DNA of 64,000 bases. Origin: Lama glama (taxonomy: Eukaryota). Positions 39,031-49,917 of the stretch are shown in pieces. The notes beneath the pieces are model-generated. The model had not been told where the DNA came from. It made no database searches and saw nothing but the letters and a program-made list of their open reading frames with translations. Every line of letters starts with the position of its first letter. Position 1 is the stretch's first letter. The DNA is taken from NCBI GenBank assembly GCA_028534125.1, contig CM052816.1:2544001-2608000 (forward strand), in the 5' to 3' direction. Both the position numbers and the translations under genes were made by a program.

Positions 39031-39289
39031 GCGTTTTCCATCATTAAACACTTCATAAGACTTTTGGCCAAGATCTAAAACAAAGCCACAACTGTTTCTC
39101 CAGCCCCAAGACGAGAATGGTCACCTGCATTTGTCTGAAAGAGGAGCCAGGACTGCCCTGAGCAGCACAGTATTTTCTCTGCAATCACCATCCTGGCTCC
39201 AGTGGCTTCCCTTAGCCCCTGTTTCTTTCAGCCTCCATCGGGGTCAAAGCCAAGCGTGACCATCAACTTCGGCGGATCCTTCCACTTTG

Positions 39290-39592
39290 AACACGCTTCC
39301 TCTGACATCCACAGGGTCAGTCCTCCACTTCTTCAGGCCTCTCTAGTTCTGCTACCTAGTACAGCACCCCTCTCGCTGTCTGGCCCTCTTATCCAGCCTC
39401 CTTCTCCTGCACAGTGCTGAGTACCACCTACATGTGTTATTTATCTGTTCATTGTCTGTTTTCTCCCCCTAGAATGAAATCTCCCAGAATGCAGGGACTT
39501 AGGTTTCTTTAGGCCACTTCCGCATTCTCCCAACACTTAGACCAGTCCTTGGTGTGTAGTTGATACTAAATGTATTTTGTTGAATGAATGAA
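39290..39592 (+). mobile_element. L2 3' end
   Basis: ctagaatgaaatctcccagaatgcagggactt...tattttgttgaatgaatgaa. Confidence 0.75.
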
Positions 39593-39739
39593 CACGTAGG
39601 CCTTTTGCAAGGAACTTGTGTTGAGAGCCAGGTTGTCCTATACACACCAATCCATCAAAAAGATGGAAATGGACCTGAAATGCAACTGGCTTCTCAATAA
39701 CCCATTTTAACCCTCACACCTATGAACTTAACTCCTATT

Positions 39740-40010
39740 CATCCATCACACAATCATTCCTTGACACGTACTGGTTCGCTAGAATGTGCTCACAGCAGGC
39801 TTGATGCCAGTGCAGGAACACAGATGAACAGAACAGACCCTGTCCTGCCCTCAGTGGGCAGAGAGCCTGGCAGAGAGACAGAAACTGAAACAAGTAACAG
39901 CAACCAGCCCTCCTGAGGGCTACGATGGGGGAGCACAGGGAGCCGGGGGCACGGTGCTGGAGGCCTGACCTCTTCGAAGAAATCAGAAAATGATTGTCCT
40001 TTCTAAGAGC
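39740..40010 (-). mobile_element. L2 fragment
   Basis: gatgaacagaacagaccctgtcctgccctc. Confidence 0.6.
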
Positions 40011-40079
40011 TAACAAGCAATCAAGCAATTCTCTGGGAATACAATGTACACAGAGATCAATTCAAACACAACCATGATG

Positions 40080-40303
40080 CTTTATTTTTAACACCTTTAT
40101 TGTGGGACGGTTCCTGTACACTAAACTACATGTATTTCAGATGTGCAATGTGATGAATTCTGATAGATGTAAACACCTGTGAAACCACCACCACAGTCAA
40201 GAGCCATCTGGTTTGGCCACCTATGAAGATCCAATTTTCCGGTGGATTGTCAAGTCCTATCTATTGCTCCTCGAATTCCCAGTTTATCCCTTCCCATCCC
40301 CAG
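40080..40303 (-). mobile_element. Old L1M 3' tail fragment carrying a 51-bp insert
   Basis: tttattgtggg...tgtgcaatgtgatgaattctgatagatgtaaacacctgtgaaaccaccaccacagtcaaga. Confidence 0.75.
40206..40256 (+). repeat. 51-bp dispersed direct repeat, copy 2 (likely insertion)
   Basis: Identical to 37363-37413. Confidence 0.97.
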
Positions 40304-40489
40304 ATCTTGAAAAGTGTTTTATAGTCAAGAGCGTCAGGATTAACAGCAGGCCAATTTGAGGAAAGAAAGATGGAAAGGACGCATCTTGCACGAGCAGCGT
40401 GTGCTGAACATGACCTAGTCTCCCTCCCTCTTGCCTCTCCTTCCTCCCAACCTCATTTTCCGCACATGCCCACATTTACACATACACGC

Positions 40490-40640
40490 AGAGGCTCGCC
40501 GAATTCTCACGATAACCCTCCTGGGGGAGATGCTAAGAGCCCCATTTTAAAAATGAAGGAATTGAAGCTCAGAGAGGTTGCGTAGCTTGTTCAAAGTTGC
40601 AGAGCTGCTGAGTGGGCTACCCTGAGATTCAGAGCGAATT
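40490..40640 (-). mobile_element. MIR
   Basis: cccattttaaaaatgaaggaattgaagctcagagaggttgcgtagcttgttcaaagttgcagag. Confidence 0.75.
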
Positions 40641-41424
40641 ATAAATGGCTCTCTGGAGCAGGTCTTTCTAAATTCCTTCAATTCCATTCCAGACCCTCGT
40701 GCCTACTTATGCTGTCTACGTATTAGGTCCTCTCTTGGAATATGCCAATATCTACTCTTAAGGCTTCTGTACACAGTGAATATTGCTTATATTCCTTATG
40801 TGCTGATAATGTGTTGGTCTTACCGGAAAACAGCCTCTGCCAGTCAAATGCGGCAGGGAGGAGGTTAAACACGTGTCCATGTAGGGACAACCACGGCCGC
40901 TGGTCCTGGCAGGGAGGCAGGGCTGAATCTCGGACTACCCTGGACACTTTGCGGGGTTCCCTCTGGCGACTGGGGTGGGGAATAAAAAGTAACAGTTGCC
41001 TCCTTCGGAGACTCCATCACTGGCTTTCCGGGTGACCGGGGCAAACCATTTAATGTCACACACTTCCCTTTCTTCATGGGTAAGATGAGGCACAAATAAA
41101 ACTCAGCAACCCCACTCGGGGACAAAGATTCATATAAAAGTCAAGCTCCTAAAATGAAGCGACACAGACATGAACACGGGATTTTTTATTACTACAGGCA
41201 GAAGTTCATGGAGGGAAATGAAAAAGGGGAGGGCCTTTAAATTTTCTGTGACAGGATTCAGCTGCCCTCCACCATCACTGCCAGGCAAAATCTTGTACTT
41301 TATCCACTTCCCCCCAAAAGGGAATAATCAGAGGGCTCCACCTGCAATGTCTCTTTCATCCCATCTTTGCATTTGTCACGTACAGAGTTCACCTTGGCAA
41401 ACAGTAACAGGGACAATGAACTCT

Positions 41425-41610
41425 GCATTTGTAAAGCACTCTGCAGGTTACCAGCAATTTCAACTATACTGCTAATTTGAACCCTGCAGTAACACTCAGT
41501 GATAGGTAATTGGCATCCCCATTTTACAGATGAGAAACTGAGGCTGAGAGAGCTAGATACTTGACCTAATGGCAGAGATGAGACTCAACACCAGTTACTC
41601 TGACCCCTTA
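41425..41610 (-). mobile_element. MIR
   Basis: atccccattttacagatgagaaactgaggctgagagag. Confidence 0.85.
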
Positions 41611-42619
41611 CTCGGAGATCCTTGAATACACTGGACCAGTCAGTGAGGGCAAACCACATCACTGGTTAAACACATTAGTCCCCAAATCGTCCAAGTGGTG
41701 AAATGGTCATCTTGAGGACGAAACCCTTCCTCCACAGTGCTATTGCTCAATGGGCATTCATTTCCAAAGACTACATGCTTTCTTCTATTTTCACAGAGCT
41801 CCAGGATGCACATGCCAGCACATTCCCTCCAGTTTCCCTCCCTGTCATTTGGGCTTGGAATTGAAAGTCATGTTCTCAGTCTTATTTTCCAGAAATGAAG
41901 TTAACAGAATCTGCCTGTCAGAGCCTTGGCTCTCTTTTCATTACTTTTGGATGAAAGAAAAACATCTGAATGGGGGTAAAGAAAGGGGCTGGCGCAAGTT
42001 TGGGGCCTGAAATTCGGGAAATGAAGGACAAGCCACTCAGAGATCTGCAGTCGGGGCACTCTAAACCACACAGAGGACCCATATGGATTACAGAGCCAGG
42101 AATTCACCTCTGGCCTCATTTTCTACACATGCACTCCACTGGAGTCCCCTCTAAACAGGCTGTCCCGCGTTACCAGAATAATTGGTATGTGCAGTAATAA
42201 TCAGTATTCGCATGGCAGGCTTGCTTTTATTTGTTAGGCTATTGAGAGGATTTTCAGGAGGTTGTGGGAAGCAACCATGAAAGGTAACTCAGCTCAGCTG
42301 AATTTAAAAAGTAGTATCATTTCTGTGGGCTTACGATTCCTTGCAGAACCCAAGCATACCACTCTCCATAAGCCATCACCCTGCCACTCAGGGCTCACAA
42401 AGCCAACACTGTAACTGTGCAATGACAAATGGTAATCTAATGGTGACCTGAGACCCCTTCGAAATTATCTTGACTCCTTGAATCATCAAAGAAGAATCCA
42501 ACTATTGTCTCCCCTGTAGAAAGCAGATTTCCTGCGTCCCATCCTTTGCGCCGTCCACCCGGTGGTGATGCACGTGTTAACTTTCTACCTGTCCCTGTGG
42601 AGGCCGGTGGAAGTCACAC

Positions 42620-42755
42620 TGGGTCCCCCACCTGGAAGGCCTGCACCTTTTGCTTAATATTCTGCTGTGGCTACCTTGAAATCCTTACCAATTTTTGAAC
42701 AAAGGGCTCTGTACTTTCATTTGCACTGGGCCCTGCCAATCATGAAGCTGCTCCT
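42620..42755. mobile_element. hAT-Tip100 MITE (MER91-like)
   Basis: ccttgaaatccttaccaatttttgaacaaagggctctgtactttcatttgcactgggccctgccaat. Confidence 0.65.
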
Positions 42756-42759
42756 CATC

Positions 42760-42886
42760 CCAAGAATGTAAGCTCCAACGTAAGCTGAGATTCTCGTCTG
42801 TTTTGTTCACAGATAGCATTGAGAATGGGGCTTGGCACAGCGCTTAATAAATATTTGCTGAATGAATGATTGAGTGAATGAATGAA
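42760..42886 (+). mobile_element. L2 3' end
   Basis: ttggcacagcgcttaataaatatttgctgaatgaatga. Confidence 0.75.
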
Positions 42887-43329
42887 CACCAAGATACTTG
42901 ATTAATGAGCAACTCTCACTCCCAGGCCAAGCCAGGAAACACAAGTGCTCTTATTTATCACTTCTGTGCCCTAAGCTCTGAGTCCAAACATTCCAAAATT
43001 AGGTTATAGGCCTAAATCATTGCTTAAGGAAGGGGAGCTGGCAAGAAAGGGAGAAAGAGGAGGCCCAAAGAGAGATACAGCCAAGCCTGCTGAGAGACCC
43101 TGCCCAAGGACACTGAGAGGAGAGGCCTGGGGTGCTCCCTGGCCAGGGAGCCAGGGAGCAGGCAGGCCCCGCTTCCCAAGCCACCAGGGGGAATTTTCCT
43201 TAATGTAAACCAGACTGCTGGCAGTTTTCTGACTTGCAGCCTCAGGCCTATTCCATGTCCCCAGGGTCTCGTAGGAGGGGAGCAGCCCAGCTGGAGGCCC
43301 AGACACACCCCAGGCCTGTCAAGGGATTT

Positions 43330-43670
43330 CCTCGGCCGCTAATCCTGGTCTTTAAGACGCAACAGCGGGGCCGCGGATGCAGAAGCCATCCTCCTGAGTG
43401 GCGCAGGGTCTGTGAGTGAGGAATAAGGAGAGAGAGAAGTCCACTGCACCCGGAGCTGCCGTGCGGAAGCAGAGGTAATTGGAGAAAGGGGTGGGTACGT
43501 GTTAGCACTGTTCACACTGAGAGCACAAATCTGCGCTCGGCCCGTAGAGGGTTTACGACGGTCGACGCCATTTTTCATAGATTTTATTGATTAATTTCAG
43601 TCTTTGTAGATTTAATTGCCATGTCGATACGCCCTCATTCATTTTCTGTTTGAAGATGTCAAGGTAACAA
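43330..43670. promoter_or_regulatory. Candidate developmental enhancer (HOX/PBX/MEIS/YY1 motif cluster, CpG-rich)
   Basis: TTTACGAC 43552, GCCATTTT 43567, TTTTATTG 43582, TGATTAAT 43588, TGTCAA 43657. Confidence 0.4.
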
Positions 43671-44569
43671 GCAGATCTCCCACCATGAGGCCCTTCACGA
43701 TCAGCCCTAGAGAAGGGGGACCCTGAGCAACAATCCATCGAGGCAATGGCTGCATCTCCTGTGCCTCCATTTGTTACCCTCATTATTTACTGAAATAATA
43801 CGTTATGGGCAGAAAATCAGTTACCTGAGGTCTTTGGGGAAAGTGAACAACTTGGGTCACAAGGAAAGACAAACAAGCCAGCAAATAGTAGTTCTCTGCA
43901 TCACTTGGAGAAAAAGCACAAAATGGGAAAGGAGGGGGAAAAAATTTGCACAATATCCAATTTTCAGGCACTTCCAAGGTTTGCAAAATATCTTTTCATT
44001 TAGAAATGCTATGATTTAATGGCAAAGGAGGACGTTTTGTTGGAACGCCTAGCGTAACAAACACTTTCCTCTCCACTTAACGGCACTCTCCTGGCTTCGC
44101 CTTGTGGAGAAAATAATAATGTGGATGTTTTGAATTACAGCAGTAATACTAAAGGCACTCCAGGCCCACCCAAATTCCCAGCGCTGAACGTGGTGTCAGG
44201 GCTCAGGAAGAACGCCGCGAGATTACGGCAGACAACCGCTGACCCTAGGATGTGGCTCACGGTTTGCTGCAGTCAAGAGTGAGCAGAGCTTTCTACACGA
44301 CCGCACCCTCGCGGGCACCCTTTCTACCAGGCCAAGATAGGGCTCTCCCAGCTGAGACGTGCCAGGGCTTTGGACCAGGAGCAAGGCCCAGAGGGAAGAA
44401 TGTGAGTCTGAGCATCCGGAGGTCCTGGATCTGCTCTGAGCTCTGCCACTAATGAGCCCAGTGACCTTGGGTAATGCTCCCATCCTCTCCTGAGCCTCCT
44501 TCCTTCATCAGTACAACCTTTGTGAGGACTACAGAGACCCCTGGAGATCTTTCAGGTCTCCACTTCTCC

Positions 44570-45180
44570 AACTGTGTTCATTCACATTCTGCCTGCCTGA
44601 TTCATGTCTTTTCCACGGACCCCTTTTATTATTATTTACTTTCATAAATCTAATTTTAAAGAAAGCTAGTGTCAGTTACAATATACAAAAGGTAACTGTA
44701 AAAATGTATTTGACAAAAATAAAAGCCATATTAATAAATTCTAGCCAGCTAAGTGTTGCCTATCCAGGAAGACAATAGCCAACAAAACCAAAAATAATAA
44801 TATGCAATATTCACTGAGACCTTAGTACGTGCAAGGCCTTGTTCTGAATGCTTTACATGTGGTGTTTCATTTTACCATGACAACTCCATGAATTAGGACC
44901 TATTATCACCCTGTCATCTTCATTTTGAAGATGAGACAACTGAGGCAGAGAAAGATAAACGTGTGCCCTGTTCCCTCTTTGTTAAAGGCTGTGAATGTAC
45001 AAACCACTCATGTATGAATGTAAGACTCTAAGACGTTCTCCTTGACATAATCACAAGGATTAAAAGACAATTATAAAAGGGAGAATTTTTTTCAGTATTC
45101 AGCCTAATCTGATGCCATGAGTTTGTGCTGCCTACTTAAAATCACCCTATATGCCGTAAGCAACAGACACCCCATCATTC
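44570..45180. mobile_element. Old hAT-Charlie element (MER113-like) interrupted by a minus-strand MIR (about 44790-44955)
   Basis: aaataaaagccatattaataaattctagccag...tgttgcct; MIR core cattttgaagatgagacaactgaggcagaga. Confidence 0.45.
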
Positions 45181-45838
45181 CGGTAGAGTCATCCAGCCAC
45201 GAAACAGTCTGAGAAGTGGAAGCCATGCTCTCCTGGGCCTCTGTGGTGTTGGTCCCGTTACGCCCTCCACTAGCGCTGTCCTTCTTCCTTTGCCTGAATC
45301 ATTCCGACTGGTACTTCAAGCAGCACCTCACCACGAACCCTCCCTGCCCTCCTCCCCAGCCCCCTGGGGTCAGCAGGTCACCTGCTCCTTGGTGCCCCCA
45401 CTGTATCCTACACACATTTCAGATACAGGAAAGGAGCTGCCTTACTTCTGATGACCTCTACCTTTTTGACCCAGTTTGTTCTTTGACACAGAGAGTAAAG
45501 CTTGTTCTAAGAAAGCCCAAAAATCTACACAAACCCCAAACTTAATATGAAAAAAAAATTACTTTGCAAGAGTTTATGATATAAGAATAAAACACTGAAC
45601 ACAAATGCTACATTCTAAAAGTGCTTCTGGGGAACTGTTTCCTCAAGGATTAGACTGGACGAGGCTTCTTAAAACAAGACTCCAGCGGGCTTGGATGGGA
45701 CATGCGCTCTCTTCCTGGTTACTCTCCCCGGAGTAACCACAGGTGCTCTCTGCGGCCATCACCTGCACAGTATTCACAGCTAGGATCATCAGTCTCAAAA
45801 CCCCAACTTTCAAAAGCTAGTAATGCCTCTGAAAGCAC

Positions 45839-45990
45839 CTGAAGGTGTTGGGGACAGAGCTTCTGGGCAGCGTGGCCCCGCTGCTCCTCTTCTTCTGGTA
45901 CTGATTCTGCTTCCATTCCCCACCTCCTCTCCCCACCCTCCCTCCTCCCCGCTCCTCTCTTGCTATCTCACTTCAGCCAGAGCGTCCTGA
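45839..45990 (-). other. Candidate first exon (possible N-terminus MEAESVPEEEEQRGHAAQKLCPQHLQ)
   Basis: G-rich leader; strong Kozak GGAATGG at 45916; donor CAG|GTGCTT; 26 codons, phase 0. Confidence 0.2.
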
Positions 45991-46729
45991 GCTGCCTTAG
46001 ACCCGGACCACCATTCACTGTTGAAAGGCTATGCCTTTGGAACCACTGGACAGCCCCAAACACATGTTTTGGTTGTTTCTGGGGGGTGATATTTAGGGTA
46101 AAAAGGATCATGAAAGCAGAGCTCACAAGTTAAGCCATTGTAGGTCCAGGATCATGTATAATTTGTTTACATACCTTCCTCCCCGACTAGATTAGAAGCT
46201 CTTTGAAAGCAGGGACTCTGTCACATTATTTTGCGCATCCCAAAGTGTTTAAATATTACAGACAAACAGAACGACTGAGCTATTAAACTCATTAATTACG
46301 AGCCCAGTTAATGCAGGTCAAAATTTTACCAACAACTGGAACCCACGGTCATCTAGCCTCCACCTGAATACTCCGAGAGAGAAGGGGGTGCATTGGGGAG
46401 GGAGAGAGAATGCGCTATTTAATGAGGCTCCCCAGTCCATTTTGGATTAGTCTGGCCGTTAGAAAGTCTTTCTTTTCATTGAACTGAAATCTTTCTCCTG
46501 GTGATGACCACTAACAATTCCTAGTCCCACAAAATGAAGCAGCATAGCAAGAGCTGAGGCCTCTACAGCAGAAGAGCTTCTGTACATAAGGAGACAGGCT
46601 CATTTTTACCCCTTTCATCCTTTTAAACAGCATCACTCCTTCCCTCAAATCTTTAAATCTTCAGGTTCCCAGATCTCTTGCCACCCTAGTAGAAATTAGG
46701 ATCATCTAGATCCTGGACATGGTCCACCT

Positions 46730-46895
46730 GCTTTAAATCCAGGCTCCAAAGCTTGGTTTGGGTCTGATTTCTGAGCCTCAGTGTCCTCATCTGTAGGATG
46801 GGAATGGTTACAATAGTACCTGATGTGGCTACTGTGGGAACTAAAGCAGACAACACACACAACATGCATAACAGAGCGACAGGCATTCAACACTC
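46730..46895 (+). mobile_element. MIR
   Basis: tctgagcctcagtgtcctcatctgtaggatgggaatggttacaatagtacct. Confidence 0.8.
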
Positions 46896-47489
46896 AAAAA
46901 TGTCAGATATTAAAACTCCAGATGGCAACAGTGCAGAAGAACCAGTCCCAGGGGAGCCCACAGCTTTCTCAGAATCGAATCATTTCTGTTCATAAAGCCT
47001 CAGTGGCTTCAGTTTTACAGATGCCAAATCTCCTGGTAGCTCATCTTAAGCTTGTGGTCAATTAAAATCTTAAGATGTTTTCTTTCTTTCTTTTTTTTTT
47101 TTTAACTAAACTGTTGTCAAACCTGCTCTGCCACATCTTACACTTTAGAAATCAACTTTCTGAAACTAAACGCAGAACCATATATTTATCCTTGTTAAAA
47201 TTTCTGCAAATCAGTTTGGCCTATCATTCTAACATGTCAAGATAAGTTTAAGTCTTGATTCTGTCATCTGACCTAAAGTCACCCTTCCCAACTCTGTGTC
47301 ATCTCCAGACATGATAATTATCTCTTTTCTCTTTATGGAGGTCACTGATAAAACTCTGAACCACCTCAAGGCCAAGGACAGAGCCCTGTGGTCCTGTTGA
47401 CATTCTTTGGGTGGCAGGCCAACACTCTCATTTTACGGATGAGAAAAGTAAGATTCGGAGCCCAGCATCCCACAATACAGCCTGTTGAC

Positions 47490-47760
47490 TGTTTCCCAAA
47501 GTGTGTACCTCAGAACAACGATCCCCTAAGAGATCTTCTATAACAACAGATTCCCTTGGCCAAGTAAGTTTGGAAAATCATGTCTCCTCTGTTTCATCTT
47601 GGAGATTTGCCGTGCTCAACAGCATGCTAAAGCTTTTATGAAGTACTACAGTCAAGAATCCCATGAAAGCTTGTTTAGACCAGAATTTCCCAAATGTATT
47701 TGACTGCAAAATCCTGCTTTCATGCAATAACTCCTAATATCCCACAGAACCAGTGCCCCA
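47490..47760. mobile_element. Old hAT-Charlie MITE (MER112-like)
   Basis: tgtttcccaaagtgtgt...gtaagtttggaaaat...atttcccaaatgtatttgac. Confidence 0.45.
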
Positions 47761-48169
47761 TAGTCAGCTGCGAGTAGACACACCTAGAACACGCGATCCG
47801 GGTCTCTGATCTGTCACAAGACTTAAGTCCTGAGATCCCTAGGTTGAGTTTTGTGACTTCCAAATGAAAAATAAGAAGGGAAAGAGCTTTGGAAATGAAG
47901 AGATTAAAAAATGGGAGCACAGTAAGACAAAGAAGGTAGGACCCAGGGAAGCCCTCCCCTGGCCTCCAGAGCAGCAGCGAAAAGATGAGCTCAGAGCTGA
48001 ACATCCCCAGAAAGACGGTCACACCCTGCCTCCCGCCCTTTCCCTCCACATCCGTCCAGCACACTCCGCCTTGAGACCATCAGGACTAGTCTCATCATGC
48101 TCTTACCATGTCAGTCATCCCAAGAAACCAGGGACTCTCAGGGGGACTCAATCACCAGTGTTTCAAGAA

Positions 48170-48430
48170 AACTCCCCTAATTTCAAACTACAGTTTCTCC
48201 ATCTGGTACCCACTCCCCTCCCTTGCTTTATTTTTCTTCCATGGCATTCACCACCATCTGATATAATAGGCATTCACTTGTTTGTCTGCGTGTTTTATGT
48301 GCTTCTTGTCTGCATCCCTCTACTAGAGAAGAAGCTCCATGTTGGCAGGGACATTTATTCTGTTCACTGCTTTGGTTCTCAGCACTTAGAATAGCGGGTA
48401 GCTGATCGCTGGTGCTCAATAAAGATGAAA
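48170..48430 (+). mobile_element. L2 3' end
   Basis: ctactagagaagaagctccatgttggcagggacatt...tgttcactgct...cagcacttagaatag...gtgctcaataaa. Confidence 0.85.
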
Positions 48431-49537
48431 ATGCCACTCAGCACAGGCCAGGGGGCCTAAATGAACGACAGCCTCTCAGGGGGCAAGGTTTTGCCTTGAC
48501 TTATTTATGATGTGACACCATCTGTTGAGTGGGTCTTTATTACACAGGAAATGAATATTATTACTCAGATAGATATCAATATACAGGGAGAGGCTATTAG
48601 CCTCAGAAACCACATTCTCTCCCCGCTGGTGACCTCACACACCAGGCCTCGCGTGGGCACGGCTCCTAAATCCACACCACCACCCCCCCCGACCCTCATC
48701 CATGCCACCGCCTACCTTCCCTGTGGCTTGCTGGACATTTTTACCATGCTAAGTAGCCCAAACTCTGCAGGCCCAGAGCCAGGAACAGCACCTCCTCTCT
48801 GCCAAAAATTAGTAAAGGAATAAAAAAAATAACCTTCTCCAACTCTGTCACTTTGGCACTGATTCATGTTGGTGGCACACACACAAACAGAATCATTATT
48901 ATAAAAACCTATGAATTTTGTTTCTGACTTCCCCTTCTCCCTTCCAGTCTCTATCTCTGAAATGTCCCTGCCAGCTCTTCCCTCTGCCCCATTCCCACCC
49001 TAGTATTACGATTCCATCATCTTCTGCCCGACAGTTCACATACTCCCCGGCCAACCTCTCTGCTCCCTCATTTCTAATGTCTTCAGGTCCATTAATGGAT
49101 TATGAAATCGTTTAGTGTATCATGAACAGCATTTTAAAAATAGAATAGGAAAAAAACCAGACTGCATTACAAGTAACATAAAAATTATCTGTAAAAGTTT
49201 TGCTGCATGTGTATGTTTATGCCCTGAACCATCAAATTTTTCATAATAGTTTGAAAGTCACTGCTCTAATCTAATGGATTCCAAAGCAGAGATTTCGTTA
49301 CGTCGCCCTTTACCTAAACGTCTCAGTGACTTCATAGTACCCTCTGAATTAAGGCCAAAAAAATTTACCCACCATTCAACGGTGTCCAAACTCAGGCTCA
49401 CACCTCCCTTTGTGGCTTATTTCCAACCCCTCTACACTCACACCTAGGATGCTCTTCATGCTGGACCACTCATTATTTCTCAAACATGCCCGAAGATTCC
49501 TACCATTATAATTTTTTTATATGCTGTTCTTTCTTCC

Positions 49538-49740
49538 AGAGAGGTGATTTTCAACCAGGGGTAGTGATTCTGCTTTCTGGGGATGCCTGGCAACATCTGG
49601 AGGTATTTTTGGTTTTCACCGCTGGGGAGGGCAGAGGTGCTGCTGGCATCAAGTGGGCAGAACCAGAGGTGCTGCTTAACATCCTACCACGCACAGGACA
49701 GGCCTCACCACAAAGAGCGATCCTTCCCAAATGTCAGCAG
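49538..49740. mobile_element. MER20 (hAT-Charlie)
   Basis: ttttcaaccagggg...ggcaacatctggaggtatttttggtt...tgctggcatcaagtgggcagaaccagaggtgctgcttaacatcctac...cccaaatgtcag. Confidence 0.85.
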
Positions 49741-49917
49741 CAGCCTGCAAATACAGCATGCATCTGTCACTGGAAGGACTTAGACGACGTGGAGTGTGAG
49801 GGCCCCACCCCCAGAGTTTCTGGTCCCATAGATGTGGACTGGGGATCAAGAACATGCATTTCTAACAAGCTCCTGAGTGATGCCAAAGCTGCTGGTGGGG
49901 GACCACAGGACCACTGT
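49741..49917. mobile_element. MER5A (hAT-Charlie)
   Basis: gggccccacccccagagtttctg...tgcatttctaacaagctcctgagtgatgc...gctgctggtgggggaccaca. Confidence 0.85.
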
